25,165 bases of DNA from Planctomycetota bacterium. GTDB lineage: Bacteria > Planctomycetota > B15-G4 > JADJEK01. The notes beneath the pieces were generated by a model. The model was not told the origin of the DNA. It saw only the letters and a program-made list of their open reading frames with translations, and ran no database searches. The translations under genes and the position numbers were made by a program. Positions 14,787-25,165 of this stretch are shown piece after piece. The stretch lies in contig JBGAIQ010000073.1 of NCBI GenBank assembly GCA_044225365.1, positions 1 to 25,165 of the forward strand, read 5' to 3'. Numbering within the stretch: the first letter of the stretch is position 1; each line of letters starts with the position of its first letter.

Positions 14787-16691
14787 ATGCACAGGCTGCG
14801 TTGCGCTCTCGCACTCGCGATCGCGACAGCGAGCCCTGCGCTCGCCCAGTCTCCGCCGCCACCCACCCCTTCCGCGATCCAGTTCACGCAGGTCGCGAAC
14901 CGCGTCGGACTCTCGTACTACCAGAACGACGACACGATGATGATGGGCGCCGGCTCCGCGTTCGTCGACGTCGATGGCGACACGTTCCAGGACGTCGTCA
15001 TCACGGGTGGCCAGCGAACCCCGCGTCTGTTCATGAATCAGCAGGACGGCACGTTCGTCGCAACCCCGCCCGGCTCACGGATCCCGCTCTTTCGCAATGT
15101 CGTCGCGGGCGGCGGCATCGCGTGCGCCGACGTGGAGAACGACGGCGATCAGGACATCTTCTTCGCAAACAACGGTGCCGATCTCTTCGTGACGAACGAC
15201 GGAACGGGCCAGTTCACCGACGCGACGACGAGTGCACATCTCGACGACGAGCGCTGGTCGACCGCGGCGGCGTTCGGCGACTACGACAACGACGGCTTCC
15301 TCGATCTCTACGTCGGGAACTACATCGAGACGATGAGTTTCCCGAACCACACGCCGTGGCCGAACGTGCTGCATCACAATCGCGGCGACGGCACGTTCGA
15401 GGACGTCACGGCCGAAACCGACACCGGCGGTCACGGAACCACTCTTGCCGTGCTGTGGAGCGACTTCGACCAAGACGGCGACGTCGACCTCTTCGTCGGC
15501 AACGACTTCGGGATCTACATCGAACCGAATCGCCTGTATCGCAACGACGGCAAGCTCGGTCCGGATGGCCGATGGAACTTCAGCGAGATCTCCTCGCAGG
15601 TCGGCGCGGACTCCGCACTCTACTGCATGGGCATCAGTGCCGGGGACTACGACGGCGATGGCGATCTCGACTACTTCTTCACGAACATCGGCCGGAAGGT
15701 CCTGCTGCGCAACGATGGCGCGACGGGCTTCACGGACGTCAGCGCGTCGGCGGGCTGCGAGGGCATCCACGATCCGTATCTGCCGAACCTGTTCGCATCG
15801 AGCTGGGGCTCGGGCTTCGTCGATTTCGACTCGGATCTCGATCTCGACCTCTTCGTGTCGAACGGCTTCATCCCCGCGATCTGCTTCATCGCCAACTCGC
15901 TCGACACGCCGAACTTCCTCTATCGCAACGACGGCAACGGATCCTTCACCGAGATCGCGAAGGTCGCGGGCTGCGAGGAGAAGCAGAAGCTCGGTCGTAG
16001 CGCCGCGTTCGCCGACTACGACCATGACGGCGACGTCGACATCCTGCAGTACTGCGTCGCAAGCGACCTGAAGCTCTTCCGCAACGACACGTCGACGACG
16101 AATCGTTCGCTGCATGTGGGACTCGTCGGATGGAAGAGCAATCGCGACGGCGCGGGCGCGCGGCTCGTCGCGACGGTCGGCGACCGGCAGTTGTTGCGCG
16201 AAGCCACCGCGAGCTACTCGTTCCAGTCGTCGTCGGATCCCGGAGCGCACTTCGGTCTCGGCGCACACGACGGCGTCGACCTCGTCGTACATTGGCCCTC
16301 GGGCATCGAACAGCATCTCGTCGACCTGCCGCGCGGGCACGACCTCGTCGTCCACGAGCCGCGATGCACGCTCGACGTGCCGGGTCCGGGTGTTCCCGCG
16401 ACGCTGCATTCGAACGAGTCGCTGCGCATCGCCTTCACGGCGACGAACCACGACAACGGTCCGCACTCGATGATCTGGAAGCTCGCTCTCTCCACCGATT
16501 CGCCCGGCACGAACACCTGGCCGCTTCTGCTCGGAGCGGGCGTGGTGCCGAGTCTCGGGGGCGGCGCGTTTCCGATCGTCGTGACCACCGAACTGCCCCA
16601 CGCGGCAAAGGGGCGCGCAAGACTCGTCCTCACGCTCGAGGACGCCGCGGGCGGAATCGATCAGCGATCGTTCCACACCGTCATCGAATGA
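14787..16691 (+). CDS. Secreted FG-GAP repeat protein with ASPIC/UnbV domain (CRTAC1 family) and an extra C-terminal beta domain
   Basis: Signal peptide MHRLRCALALAIATASPALA. Multiple DxDxDGxxD Ca-binding repeats, then SNRDGAGARL…HFGLG…V.WPSG of ASPIC/UnbV. GGGAG RBS. Confidence 0.88.
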   Translation: MHRLRCALALAIATASPALAQSPPPPTPSAIQFTQVANRVGLSYYQNDDTMMMGAGSAFVDVDGDTFQDVVITGGQRTPRLFMNQQDGTFVATPPGSRIPLFRNVVAGGGIACADVENDGDQDIFFANNGADLFVTNDGTGQFTDATTSAHLDDERWSTAAAFGDYDNDGFLDLYVGNYIETMSFPNHTPWPNVLHHNRGDGTFEDVTAETDTGGHGTTLAVLWSDFDQDGDVDLFVGNDFGIYIEPNRLYRNDGKLGPDGRWNFSEISSQVGADSALYCMGISAGDYDGDGDLDYFFTNIGRKVLLRNDGATGFTDVSASAGCEGIHDPYLPNLFASSWGSGFVDFDSDLDLDLFVSNGFIPAICFIANSLDTPNFLYRNDGNGSFTEIAKVAGCEEKQKLGRSAAFADYDHDGDVDILQYCVASDLKLFRNDTSTTNRSLHVGLVGWKSNRDGAGARLVATVGDRQLLREATASYSFQSSSDPGAHFGLGAHDGVDLVVHWPSGIEQHLVDLPRGHDLVVHEPRCTLDVPGPGVPATLHSNESLRIAFTATNHDNGPHSMIWKLALSTDSPGTNTWPLLLGAGVVPSLGGGAFPIVVTTELPHAAKGRARLVLTLEDAAGGIDQRSFHTVIE

Positions 16692-16737
16692 CGCGACGGA
16701 TCGGTTCGCAAACGTAGCCGCGTGACGTGCGGCCGCC

Positions 16738-16743
16738 TACACT
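16738..16743 (+). promoter_or_regulatory. -10 element (TACACT) 6 nt upstream of the hisS ATG; probable leaderless promoter
   Basis: TACACT-gccgcc-ATG with no Shine-Dalgarno sequence. Confidence 0.45.
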
Positions 16744-16749
16744 GCCGCC

Positions 16750-18072
16750 ATGTCCGACGAAAAGCGCATCGATCCGCGAACGCTGAAAGGCTTCCGCGAC
16801 TATCCTCCCGAACTCATGATGCCGCGCGAATGGGTCATCGACACCGCGCGCCGCGTCTACCGCTCGTACGGCTTCGCGCCGATCGACACGCCCGCGCTCG
16901 AGCACGCCGAGGTGCTGCTCGGCAAGGGCGGCGGCGAGACCGAGAAGCAGGTCTATCGTTTCCAGGATCACGGCGGACGCGACGTCGCGCTGCGCTTCGA
17001 CCTCACGATCCCGTTCGCGCGCTTCGCCGCCGCGAACATCGGGCAACTCGGCAAGCCATTCAAGCGCTACCACGTCGGGCCGGTATGGCGCGGCGAGAAC
17101 ACGCAGCGCGGTCGCTATCGCGAATTCATCCAGTGCGACTTCGACGTCATCGGAACCGAGAGCATCGTCTCCGACATCGAGTCGTTGCTCGTGATGCACG
17201 ACACGATGGTGGCCCTCGGATTCCCGAAGGTGACGCTGCGCGTGAACAACCGTCGAGTGCTCAATGGAATGCTCGACAAGCTCGGCATCGCGGAGCATGG
17301 CGTCGCCGTGCTGAGGGCCGTCGACAAGCTCGACAAGATCGGCGCCGATGGTGTCGTCGCGGAGATCGTTCGGAACACGGCGATCGACGAAGGCAGAGCC
17401 CGCGAGGCGCTCGCGCTGTGCTCCACCACCGGCTCCAACGAGGAGGTCCTCGCCCGGCTCGCCGCGATGGTGGCAGGCTCCGCGAACGGCGAGCGCGGCG
17501 TCGCGGAACTGCGCGCAGCGCTCGATGGGTTCGCGGCGGGCGGCGGAGTGAGGGAGCGCATCCGACTCGATCTCTCGATCGCTCGCGGTCTCGATTACTA
17601 CACCGGCATCGTGTTCGAGACGCAGCTCGACGAACTGCCGGGCATCGGGAGCGTGGGGTCGGGCGGCCGCTACGACGACCTCGCGTCGCTCTACACCAAG
17701 GAGAAGCTGCCGGGCGTCGGCGGCTCGCTCGGCGTCGATCGCCTGCTCGCGGCGATGGAAGAGCTGAAGCGTATCGAGAAGGTCGGGACGCCCGCGCGGA
17801 TCCTCGTCACGCTGTTCAACGAGGAGTCGCGGATCGCAGCGCTCGCGATCGCCGCGAAGTTGCGCCATGCCGGCCTCGCGGTCGAGCTGTATCCCGAAGC
17901 GAAGAAGCTCGGCAAACAGCTCGAATACGCGGACAAACGCGGTCACCTGTACGCGGTCATCGTCGGTCCCGACGAGGCTGCTCGCGGCGTTTGCCAGTTG
18001 AAGGCTCTGAAGACCAAGCAGAGCGAAGAGGTCGCGCTCGATGCGCTGGCCGAGCGTTGCCGCGAGGCGTGA
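16750..18072 (+). CDS. hisS: Histidine--tRNA ligase
   Basis: LKGFRDY, ALRFDLTIPFAR, WRGENTQRGRYREFIQCDFD, ARGLDYYTG, SGGRYDDL, G.SLGVDRL, and a C-terminal anticodon-binding domain (KKLGKQLEYADK), which argues against HisZ. Confidence 0.96.
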   Translation: MSDEKRIDPRTLKGFRDYPPELMMPREWVIDTARRVYRSYGFAPIDTPALEHAEVLLGKGGGETEKQVYRFQDHGGRDVALRFDLTIPFARFAAANIGQLGKPFKRYHVGPVWRGENTQRGRYREFIQCDFDVIGTESIVSDIESLLVMHDTMVALGFPKVTLRVNNRRVLNGMLDKLGIAEHGVAVLRAVDKLDKIGADGVVAEIVRNTAIDEGRAREALALCSTTGSNEEVLARLAAMVAGSANGERGVAELRAALDGFAAGGGVRERIRLDLSIARGLDYYTGIVFETQLDELPGIGSVGSGGRYDDLASLYTKEKLPGVGGSLGVDRLLAAMEELKRIEKVGTPARILVTLFNEESRIAALAIAAKLRHAGLAVELYPEAKKLGKQLEYADKRGHLYAVIVGPDEAARGVCQLKALKTKQSEEVALDALAERCREA

Positions 18073-18079
18073 AATCGGA

Positions 18080-19579
18080 TTGCGCCTCGCTGCCGCGCTC
18101 CTGCTCGCGGGCGGCTGCGTGGCGGCCGCGCCGGAGCCTCGTCCGAAAGCCCGCCCTATTCCCACTCCGGTGAGGATCGAGCCCGCGAGAGTCGAGGCTC
18201 CGCGTCCCGAGTACCACTTCGCCCCCGGTCGCTTCGGCGAGCTGCTCGACGCCAAGGCCCGCTTCGTCTATCGCGACCCGGCCATCGGGTGCACGATCGA
18301 GAGCGACCTCGATCCCACGGTCGTAACTTCGTTCTTCGCGCCCGCGCTCGAGCAGTCCGCGCAGGAACTCTCCACGATCCTGAAGAACGCCGATGCGCGC
18401 CGTCTCGTGGTTCGTCTCCACGCGGCCCCGCCGCAGGACGTCGACGGAGTCGTCGTCGATGCGGTTCACCGCGAGTGCGAGGTTCACGTCTTCGCGCTCG
18501 ACGACGCCGGATCGCCGTCGCCGCACGCCGTCGACCATTTGCGGCACGAACTCGTGCACGCCTTCTTGTTCCTCTCGAATTCGACTCCGCCGCGCTGGCT
18601 CGAAGAGGGTCTCGCGCAGACGCTCTCGAACCTCATCAAGGACTCCGCGGGCAACCTGGAGCCGCTGCCCCGTGCGGACTTCATCATCGGACTCGCGCAG
18701 CTCCATCGCGAGAAGCGGGCGATGGACCTCGAGTCGATCCTCGCGGCGAAGGACGCCTATCCCGATCCGAAGCAGCTCGGGGCGTTCTACGTCGGCGCGT
18801 GGAGCTTCACGTTCGAGGCGCTCGCGCAGCAGGAGGGCCCGCTCCCGTCGCGAGTCGCAGCGCTCCTCCTCACACCCGACGATCGCCTGCTCACAATGAA
18901 GGCGGAATGGGTGAAGCAATGCGCCGCGGGCGACGCCGCCGCGCCGTGGCTGCCGCTCGTGAAGCGAAAGGACACTCGACTCGACGACGCCGCGGAAAGC
19001 GCGTTGCGCGCGCTCGACGCCACTATTTCGTGGTGGCGATGCATCGACTCGTTCACCCTCGACGATCGACCTTCCGCGCGCCGCCACGCGGCGCGGTTGC
19101 TCGTGATCGCACCCGCCGAATCCCGTACGTTCGACCGCTTGCGACAGCTCATCGCGGACGAGGACGGCGGCGTGCGCCGCGATGCGATGCGATCGCTCTA
19201 CTCGAACGAGGCGATTCGCCGCGACGGTGAAGCCGACCTCCGACGATTGCGGAGCACCGAGGGCTCTCTCCTCGCCTCCTCGATCGCGCTCGCGTTACGG
19301 GGCGAGCGCGATGAACTCGCCGCCGCGTGCGAACTCCTTGCGATCGAGAAGGACGAACGCTGCGTCATCGACGCCCTGCTCGCGATCCGTTCGGTGTTGC
19401 CCGATTCCGCGCCGATCCCGCGCGCCGACGAACTGCTCGCGCCGAGCTTCGACGCACGACGCGTCGTCTCCGCCCTCGCGTCGTGGGTCGAGTCCAACTC
19501 CGCCGCGCTGCGTTTCGATGCAGGAATCCCCGGCTACGTCGTCACGCCGAGCGCCGCCGTTCCGACGCTTCCTCGCTGA
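18080..19579 (+). CDS. Putative lipoprotein with gluzincin (peptidase MA-like) zinc motif and C-terminal HEAT-like repeats
   Basis: Likely TTG start giving MRLAAALLLAGG-C (lipobox-like); alternative ATG at 18041. HELVH followed by WLEEGLA (third-ligand Glu) and FY..AWS. Helical repeats such as LDDRPSARRHAARLL and DEDGGVRRDAMRSL. Confidence 0.7.
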   Translation: MRLAAALLLAGGCVAAAPEPRPKARPIPTPVRIEPARVEAPRPEYHFAPGRFGELLDAKARFVYRDPAIGCTIESDLDPTVVTSFFAPALEQSAQELSTILKNADARRLVVRLHAAPPQDVDGVVVDAVHRECEVHVFALDDAGSPSPHAVDHLRHELVHAFLFLSNSTPPRWLEEGLAQTLSNLIKDSAGNLEPLPRADFIIGLAQLHREKRAMDLESILAAKDAYPDPKQLGAFYVGAWSFTFEALAQQEGPLPSRVAALLLTPDDRLLTMKAEWVKQCAAGDAAAPWLPLVKRKDTRLDDAAESALRALDATISWWRCIDSFTLDDRPSARRHAARLLVIAPAESRTFDRLRQLIADEDGGVRRDAMRSLYSNEAIRRDGEADLRRLRSTEGSLLASSIALALRGERDELAAACELLAIEKDERCVIDALLAIRSVLPDSAPIPRADELLAPSFDARRVVSALASWVESNSAALRFDAGIPGYVVTPSAAVPTLPR

Positions 19580-19580
19580 G

Positions 19581-20581
19581 TCACCGTCGCATCGAGACGA
19601 CGATCGGATCCGGCGAGCCCTGGATCGCCTCGAAGCCAGCCTTGTCGCGAATCCCTCGCCAGCCCTCTTGGACGAGGCATTGGCCGACGACGCCCCCGAG
19701 CGTGTTTCCGGGCCCCGGGAGCACGATGCGATCGGGAGCCGTTTCGCGCAACGCGACGCGAACGCTCGACGAGAAGTCGAACGGCGTGACGATCTGTTCG
19801 GTGAGCGTGTACTCCGCGAGCGCCTCCGCGCACGGCGCCCACGGCGCGTAGCGACGACCGGCGCCATCGATGAGGAGGATCTCCGGTCGCCGCCAATCGA
19901 GCGATGCGAGGCGTTCCCGCGCTTGCGTCGCCACTTCGCCAAGGAGCGGCGTGTGATACGGCCCGTGCTGCATCAACCGGAACGGATAGGCGTTCTTGCC
20001 GACCTTCACCTTGGGCAACCGCGCCTCGAGTTCACGCAAGCCCGAGATCGTCGCCGCGAGCACGATGACGCCTCCGAGGCGAATCGATTCGAATGCGTGG
20101 CCGACCGTCCCTTCGAGCGCGGCCGCGACCGATTCGACCTTCTTCGAGTCGATGCGCCACTCGTCGTCGACGAGCGGATAGAGGATCTGTCCGCCCTCGC
20201 CGTGCTGCTCCTGCAGAAGAGCGATCTCCTGGACGAGCCGGAAGCCGTCCTCGAACGAGAGCGCACCGCCGACGGCGAGCGAGGTGTACCAGCCGAGCGA
20301 GTTCCCGCCCACCGCGACGATGCGATGGGCCGCCTTCGCGGTCTCGGCGTCGAGCATCGAGATCACGTAGATGAGCGGCGAAACGTTGGACGGCTTCAGG
20401 TGCAGTACGGATTCGAACTTGCCCCTGCGATCGAGATCGAGCAGCGGCGGCCGTCCGTATTCCGCGCGCAGTTCCTCCGCCGCTTCGACGAACGGATGCG
20501 CCTCGGGCAGGGAACCGAGGCAACTCTCGGTGTACGAGCCGCGGCCGGGGCACAGCAACACCGCGCGCTTCTTCGCTTCGC

Positions 20582-20585
<4 letters not shown>
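19581..20585 (-). CDS. FabD-like acyltransferase (ACP S-malonyltransferase superfamily, atypical GNSLG subtype)
   Basis: LCPGRGSY (compare FPGQGSQ), nucleophile elbow GNSLGWY, HGPYHTPLL, LPGPGNTL. Start overlaps the E1 stop (ATGA). Confidence 0.8.
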
Positions 20586-22819
<2,234 letters not shown>

Positions 22820-22857
22820 CGGAAGCGAGCCCTCGGAGCAGCGACGACGAAACGAGG

Positions 22858-22886
22858 AGCTTCGGGGCGCCGTCGTCGCGTGTCAA
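22858..22886 (-). promoter_or_regulatory. Putative sigma70 promoter for the E1/FabD-like operon
   Basis: Minus strand: perfect TTGACA, 17-nt spacer, weak -10 GAAGCT. Confidence 0.35.
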
Positions 22887-22904
22887 GGATGGAGGAGAAG
22901 ATGG

Positions 22905-23066
22905 GGACCGCCGGGCTCCGCCCGGCTTCTTTGGCGAGGGGATGGCGGCGGGCGAGAGAGAAAGAGAAGACCGGAGCCAGGCGGAGCCTGGCGGTCCGCA
23001 AGAGCCAGGCGGAGCCTGGCGGTCCAGAGGAGCCAGGCGGAGCCTGGCGCTCCGGCCTGGCGGTCC
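22905..23066. repeat. REP-like family C: 3 tandem copies (28-bp period), one half copy and one inverted variant
   Basis: GAGCCAGGCGGAGCCTGGCG(G/C)TCC at 22974, 23002 and 23030; half copy at 23054-23066; inverted variant at 22905-22929. Hairpin GCCAGGC-GGA-GCCTGGC. Confidence 0.9.
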
Positions 23067-23079
23067 GGCGGGGTGGGCG

Positions 23080-24579
23080 TCAGCCGCCGAGCACCCAGTG
23101 CAGGAAGGGCGACTGCGCGGTGTGGTAGGGGCCGGGCGCGGCGGGGTCGACGACCATCGCCTGGAAGTAGACGTGCGTGCCGCAGAGCGAGGGAGTCGCG
23201 GGCAGTGGAATGTGGAACGCGGCAGCGCCGACCGCAGGCGTGACGAAGGGCACGACGGCGAAGGGATCGACCTGCAGCGTGCCCTTGTCGAAATACAGTG
23301 AAGCGATGTTCCATCCGACGAGCAGGACACCGGAGCCCGGCACCGCGTTCGAGATGGTGATCCCGACGGTTGTGCCGAGCTTGGGCGAGCCCGAGACGAG
23401 TTTCGGAACGCCGAGCGCCCCTGCTTTGCCGCAGCACCCGTTCAAGGCGAGCGCTCCGCCGCCGCACAGACCACAGTCGAAGAAGAGCACCGACACGTCG
23501 TGGGAGTCGGTATTGGCCGTCGCTACTTCGAGTCGCCCGCTCCCGAACATGTCCCCGATCGCGATTCCAATCGGCTTCTTGCCGATGGCAAGCGTTTGAG
23601 TCGATTGGATCCCTCCCGTGCCATCGCCGCGGAGGATCGATGCGCTGTCGCCCTGCCAGTTAGCGACCGCGAGATCCAGATTCGAATCGCCATCGAGATC
23701 GCCAATCGCTACTGCGCGCGGGTCCGAGCTGGTCGGATGCATCACCGGCGGCGCGAAGGCACCCCCGCCGAGACCGAGACAGATCCCGACGCCGAAAGGA
23801 AAAGCCGACTCGGTCACGGCTAGATCGAGTTTGCCGTCGGCATTGAGATCCGCGATCGCCGCGGACGACGGAATTACGAATCCGCCGAGACTCGATGGCG
23901 GCGCGAACGTCCCGTCTCCGTTGCCGAGAGCGAGCAGGACGCCGTAGCTGAAGAACGTCGCCATCGCGAGATCGAGCTTGCCGTCGCCGTTCAGGTCACC
24001 GAGCGCCACCGACTGGGGAGTGGCGACGAGCGGAACGAGCGTCGGCCACCCGAAACCACCGGCGCCGTCCCCGAGAAGGACCGAGACCGTCGACGGGAAG
24101 GAGTTTGCGTTCTGCGAAATGGCGTCGAGATCACCGTCGCCATCGATGTCCCCGATCGCGAGCCCGTTGGAATATCCCAAGGTCGGATAGTCGATGGCCG
24201 GAAAGAAACCGCCAAGTCCGTTGCCGCGGAGCACCGAGATCGCGTTCGCTGTGAAGCAGGCCACCGCGAGATCCACCTTCCCATCCTGATCGAAGTCCGC
24301 GGCCGCGATGCCTTTCCCCCACGAGGCTACGGCGTAGCTCGTCGGTGGGCCAAACGTGCCGTTTCCGTTCGAAAGACGAACTTCGACGATGTTGGAGAGT
24401 TCGGTGGAATTCGCGATATCGGCCTTGCCATCCCCGTTCAGATCCGCTGCCACGACCGAGCTTGGAACGGAACCCGACGGTAGCGCTTGCAGTGCCGAGA
24501 ACCCGCAGTTCTGAGCCGATGCACTCGCGACGAGGAAAAAGGATGCAACGATCCACGAAGCCGAAATTCGATGAAGCAC
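23080..24579 (-). CDS. Secreted FG-GAP/VCBS repeat (beta-propeller) protein with ~120-aa C-terminal domain
   Basis: GTG 24579 with GGGAG RBS; signal peptide ending ASA-Q. Seven ADLNGDGKxD-type repeats. C-terminus …VPKL…ISNAVPG…YFQAMVVDPAAP…LHWVLGG. Confidence 0.88.
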   Translation of the reverse strand: MLHRISASWIVASFFLVASASAQNCGFSALQALPSGSVPSSVVAADLNGDGKADIANSTELSNIVEVRLSNGNGTFGPPTSYAVASWGKGIAAADFDQDGKVDLAVACFTANAISVLRGNGLGGFFPAIDYPTLGYSNGLAIGDIDGDGDLDAISQNANSFPSTVSVLLGDGAGGFGWPTLVPLVATPQSVALGDLNGDGKLDLAMATFFSYGVLLALGNGDGTFAPPSSLGGFVIPSSAAIADLNADGKLDLAVTESAFPFGVGICLGLGGGAFAPPVMHPTSSDPRAVAIGDLDGDSNLDLAVANWQGDSASILRGDGTGGIQSTQTLAIGKKPIGIAIGDMFGSGRLEVATANTDSHDVSVLFFDCGLCGGGALALNGCCGKAGALGVPKLVSGSPKLGTTVGITISNAVPGSGVLLVGWNIASLYFDKGTLQVDPFAVVPFVTPAVGAAAFHIPLPATPSLCGTHVYFQAMVVDPAAPGPYHTAQSPFLHWVLGG

Positions 24580-24688
24580 GACGCACTCCCGATTCGAGGC
24601 CGCCCAGCACGACCGCAAGCATAACAGGAACCCGAGAGCATGGCGCTTCGAACTCGAGCCCGGAAATCTCGACTCGGCAACTTTCTTG

Positions 24689-24707
24689 TGTATGCTAACA
24701 CCATACA
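24689..24707. promoter_or_regulatory. Palindromic operator, likely bound by the YtrA-type GntR; overlaps a TATGCT -10
   Basis: TGTATG-ctaacac-CATACA perfect inverted repeat in an AT-rich patch, about 50 nt upstream of the GntR gene. Confidence 0.7.
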
Positions 24708-24758
24708 GTTGACGAGTGCCGATCGCTTTCGATCTCTGCTTCCTCGAAGAGCCGCAAC

Positions 24759-25139
24759 TTGATCATCCACGTCGATCCGAGCGATGCGCGACCGCTGTAC
24801 CAACAGGTCGCGGACGAGATCAAGCGCCTGATCGCGCGCGGTGATCTGGCGGCCGGCGATCCGCTCCCTTCGGTGCGACAGGTCGCGGCGGATCTCGGAG
24901 TCAACCTCAACACGATCGCCACCGCGTATCGCGACCTGCAGGATCAAGGGCTGATCTCTGTGCGTCATGGCTCCGGAGCGACGGTATCGGCATCGAAGGC
25001 GCGCGATCTCCCGAAGACCGAGCTTCGGAAGTCGCTGCGCCGCGCGCTCGCGGAACTCGTCCTCGCCGGGATGTCGCCTTCTCGAATCATGAGTCTCGTC
25101 ACCGATGAGCTCCAGGACCTGACGAAAGGTGGGGACTGA
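24759..25139 (+). CDS. GntR-family transcriptional regulator, YtrA subfamily
   Basis: 126 aa. PLYQQV…I..G.L..GD.LPSVRQVAADLGVNLNT…AYRDL…G.I..RHGSG wHTH with a very short C-terminal domain. TTG start. Confidence 0.92.
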   Translation: MIIHVDPSDARPLYQQVADEIKRLIARGDLAAGDPLPSVRQVAADLGVNLNTIATAYRDLQDQGLISVRHGSGATVSASKARDLPKTELRKSLRRALAELVLAGMSPSRIMSLVTDELQDLTKGGD

Positions 25140-25165
25140 TGCCGGAACCGAAGTTGCTCGTCTTC
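25139..25165 (+). CDS. Start of the next gene in the GntR operon (3'-partial; MPEPKLLVF…)
   Basis: ATG overlaps the GntR stop (TGATG), with AAGGTGGGG upstream as RBS. Confidence 0.55.

Noticed and set aside
22841-22879. 9-bp stem (gcgacgacg/cgtcgtcgc) upstream of E1 as a riboswitch, e.g. TPP
   Set aside because: No TPP aptamer signature (CUGAGA) is present, the leader is too short, and such stems arise easily at this GC content.
22974-23053. Possible mini-CRISPR (24-bp palindromic repeats)
   Set aside because: Only 4-bp linkers, no spacers.

Overview
GC-rich bacterial chromosomal window, most consistent with an uncultured Planctomycetota-like lineage (inferred from the secreted-protein style, not proven). 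It holds about 21 genes: a 5'-truncated (alpha/alpha)6 glycoside hydrolase-like protein, a DinB-family protein, a radical SAM/SPASM enzyme coupled to an unknown lipoprotein, arsM, parE-parC, an M20D amidohydrolase, a PP2C phosphatase, a tandem Phd/YefM-like protein, a GNAT, a 40-aa membrane peptide, a CRTAC1/ASPIC-UnbV protein, hisS, a gluzincin lipoprotein, a fused 2-oxo-acid dehydrogenase E1 plus FabD-like acyltransferase pair, an FG-GAP protein, and a YtrA-type GntR regulator with a palindromic operator. Best candidates for undescribed biology: (1) the rSAM/SPASM + long-leader lipoprotein pair, a possible protein-modification system whose rSAM gene is frameshifted by an exact 62-bp tandem duplication; (2) a shared ~120-aa C-terminal domain on two unrelated secreted proteins, a possible sorting/anchoring signal; (3) three REP-like repeat families, one bracketing a secreted-protein gene in inverted orientation; (4) an orphan two-domain Phd/YefM protein; (5) the E1 + FabD-like module with no E2/E3/ACP in the window. 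No rRNA, tRNA, CRISPR array or transposase was seen. All family calls come from motif recognition by eye, with no database searches.
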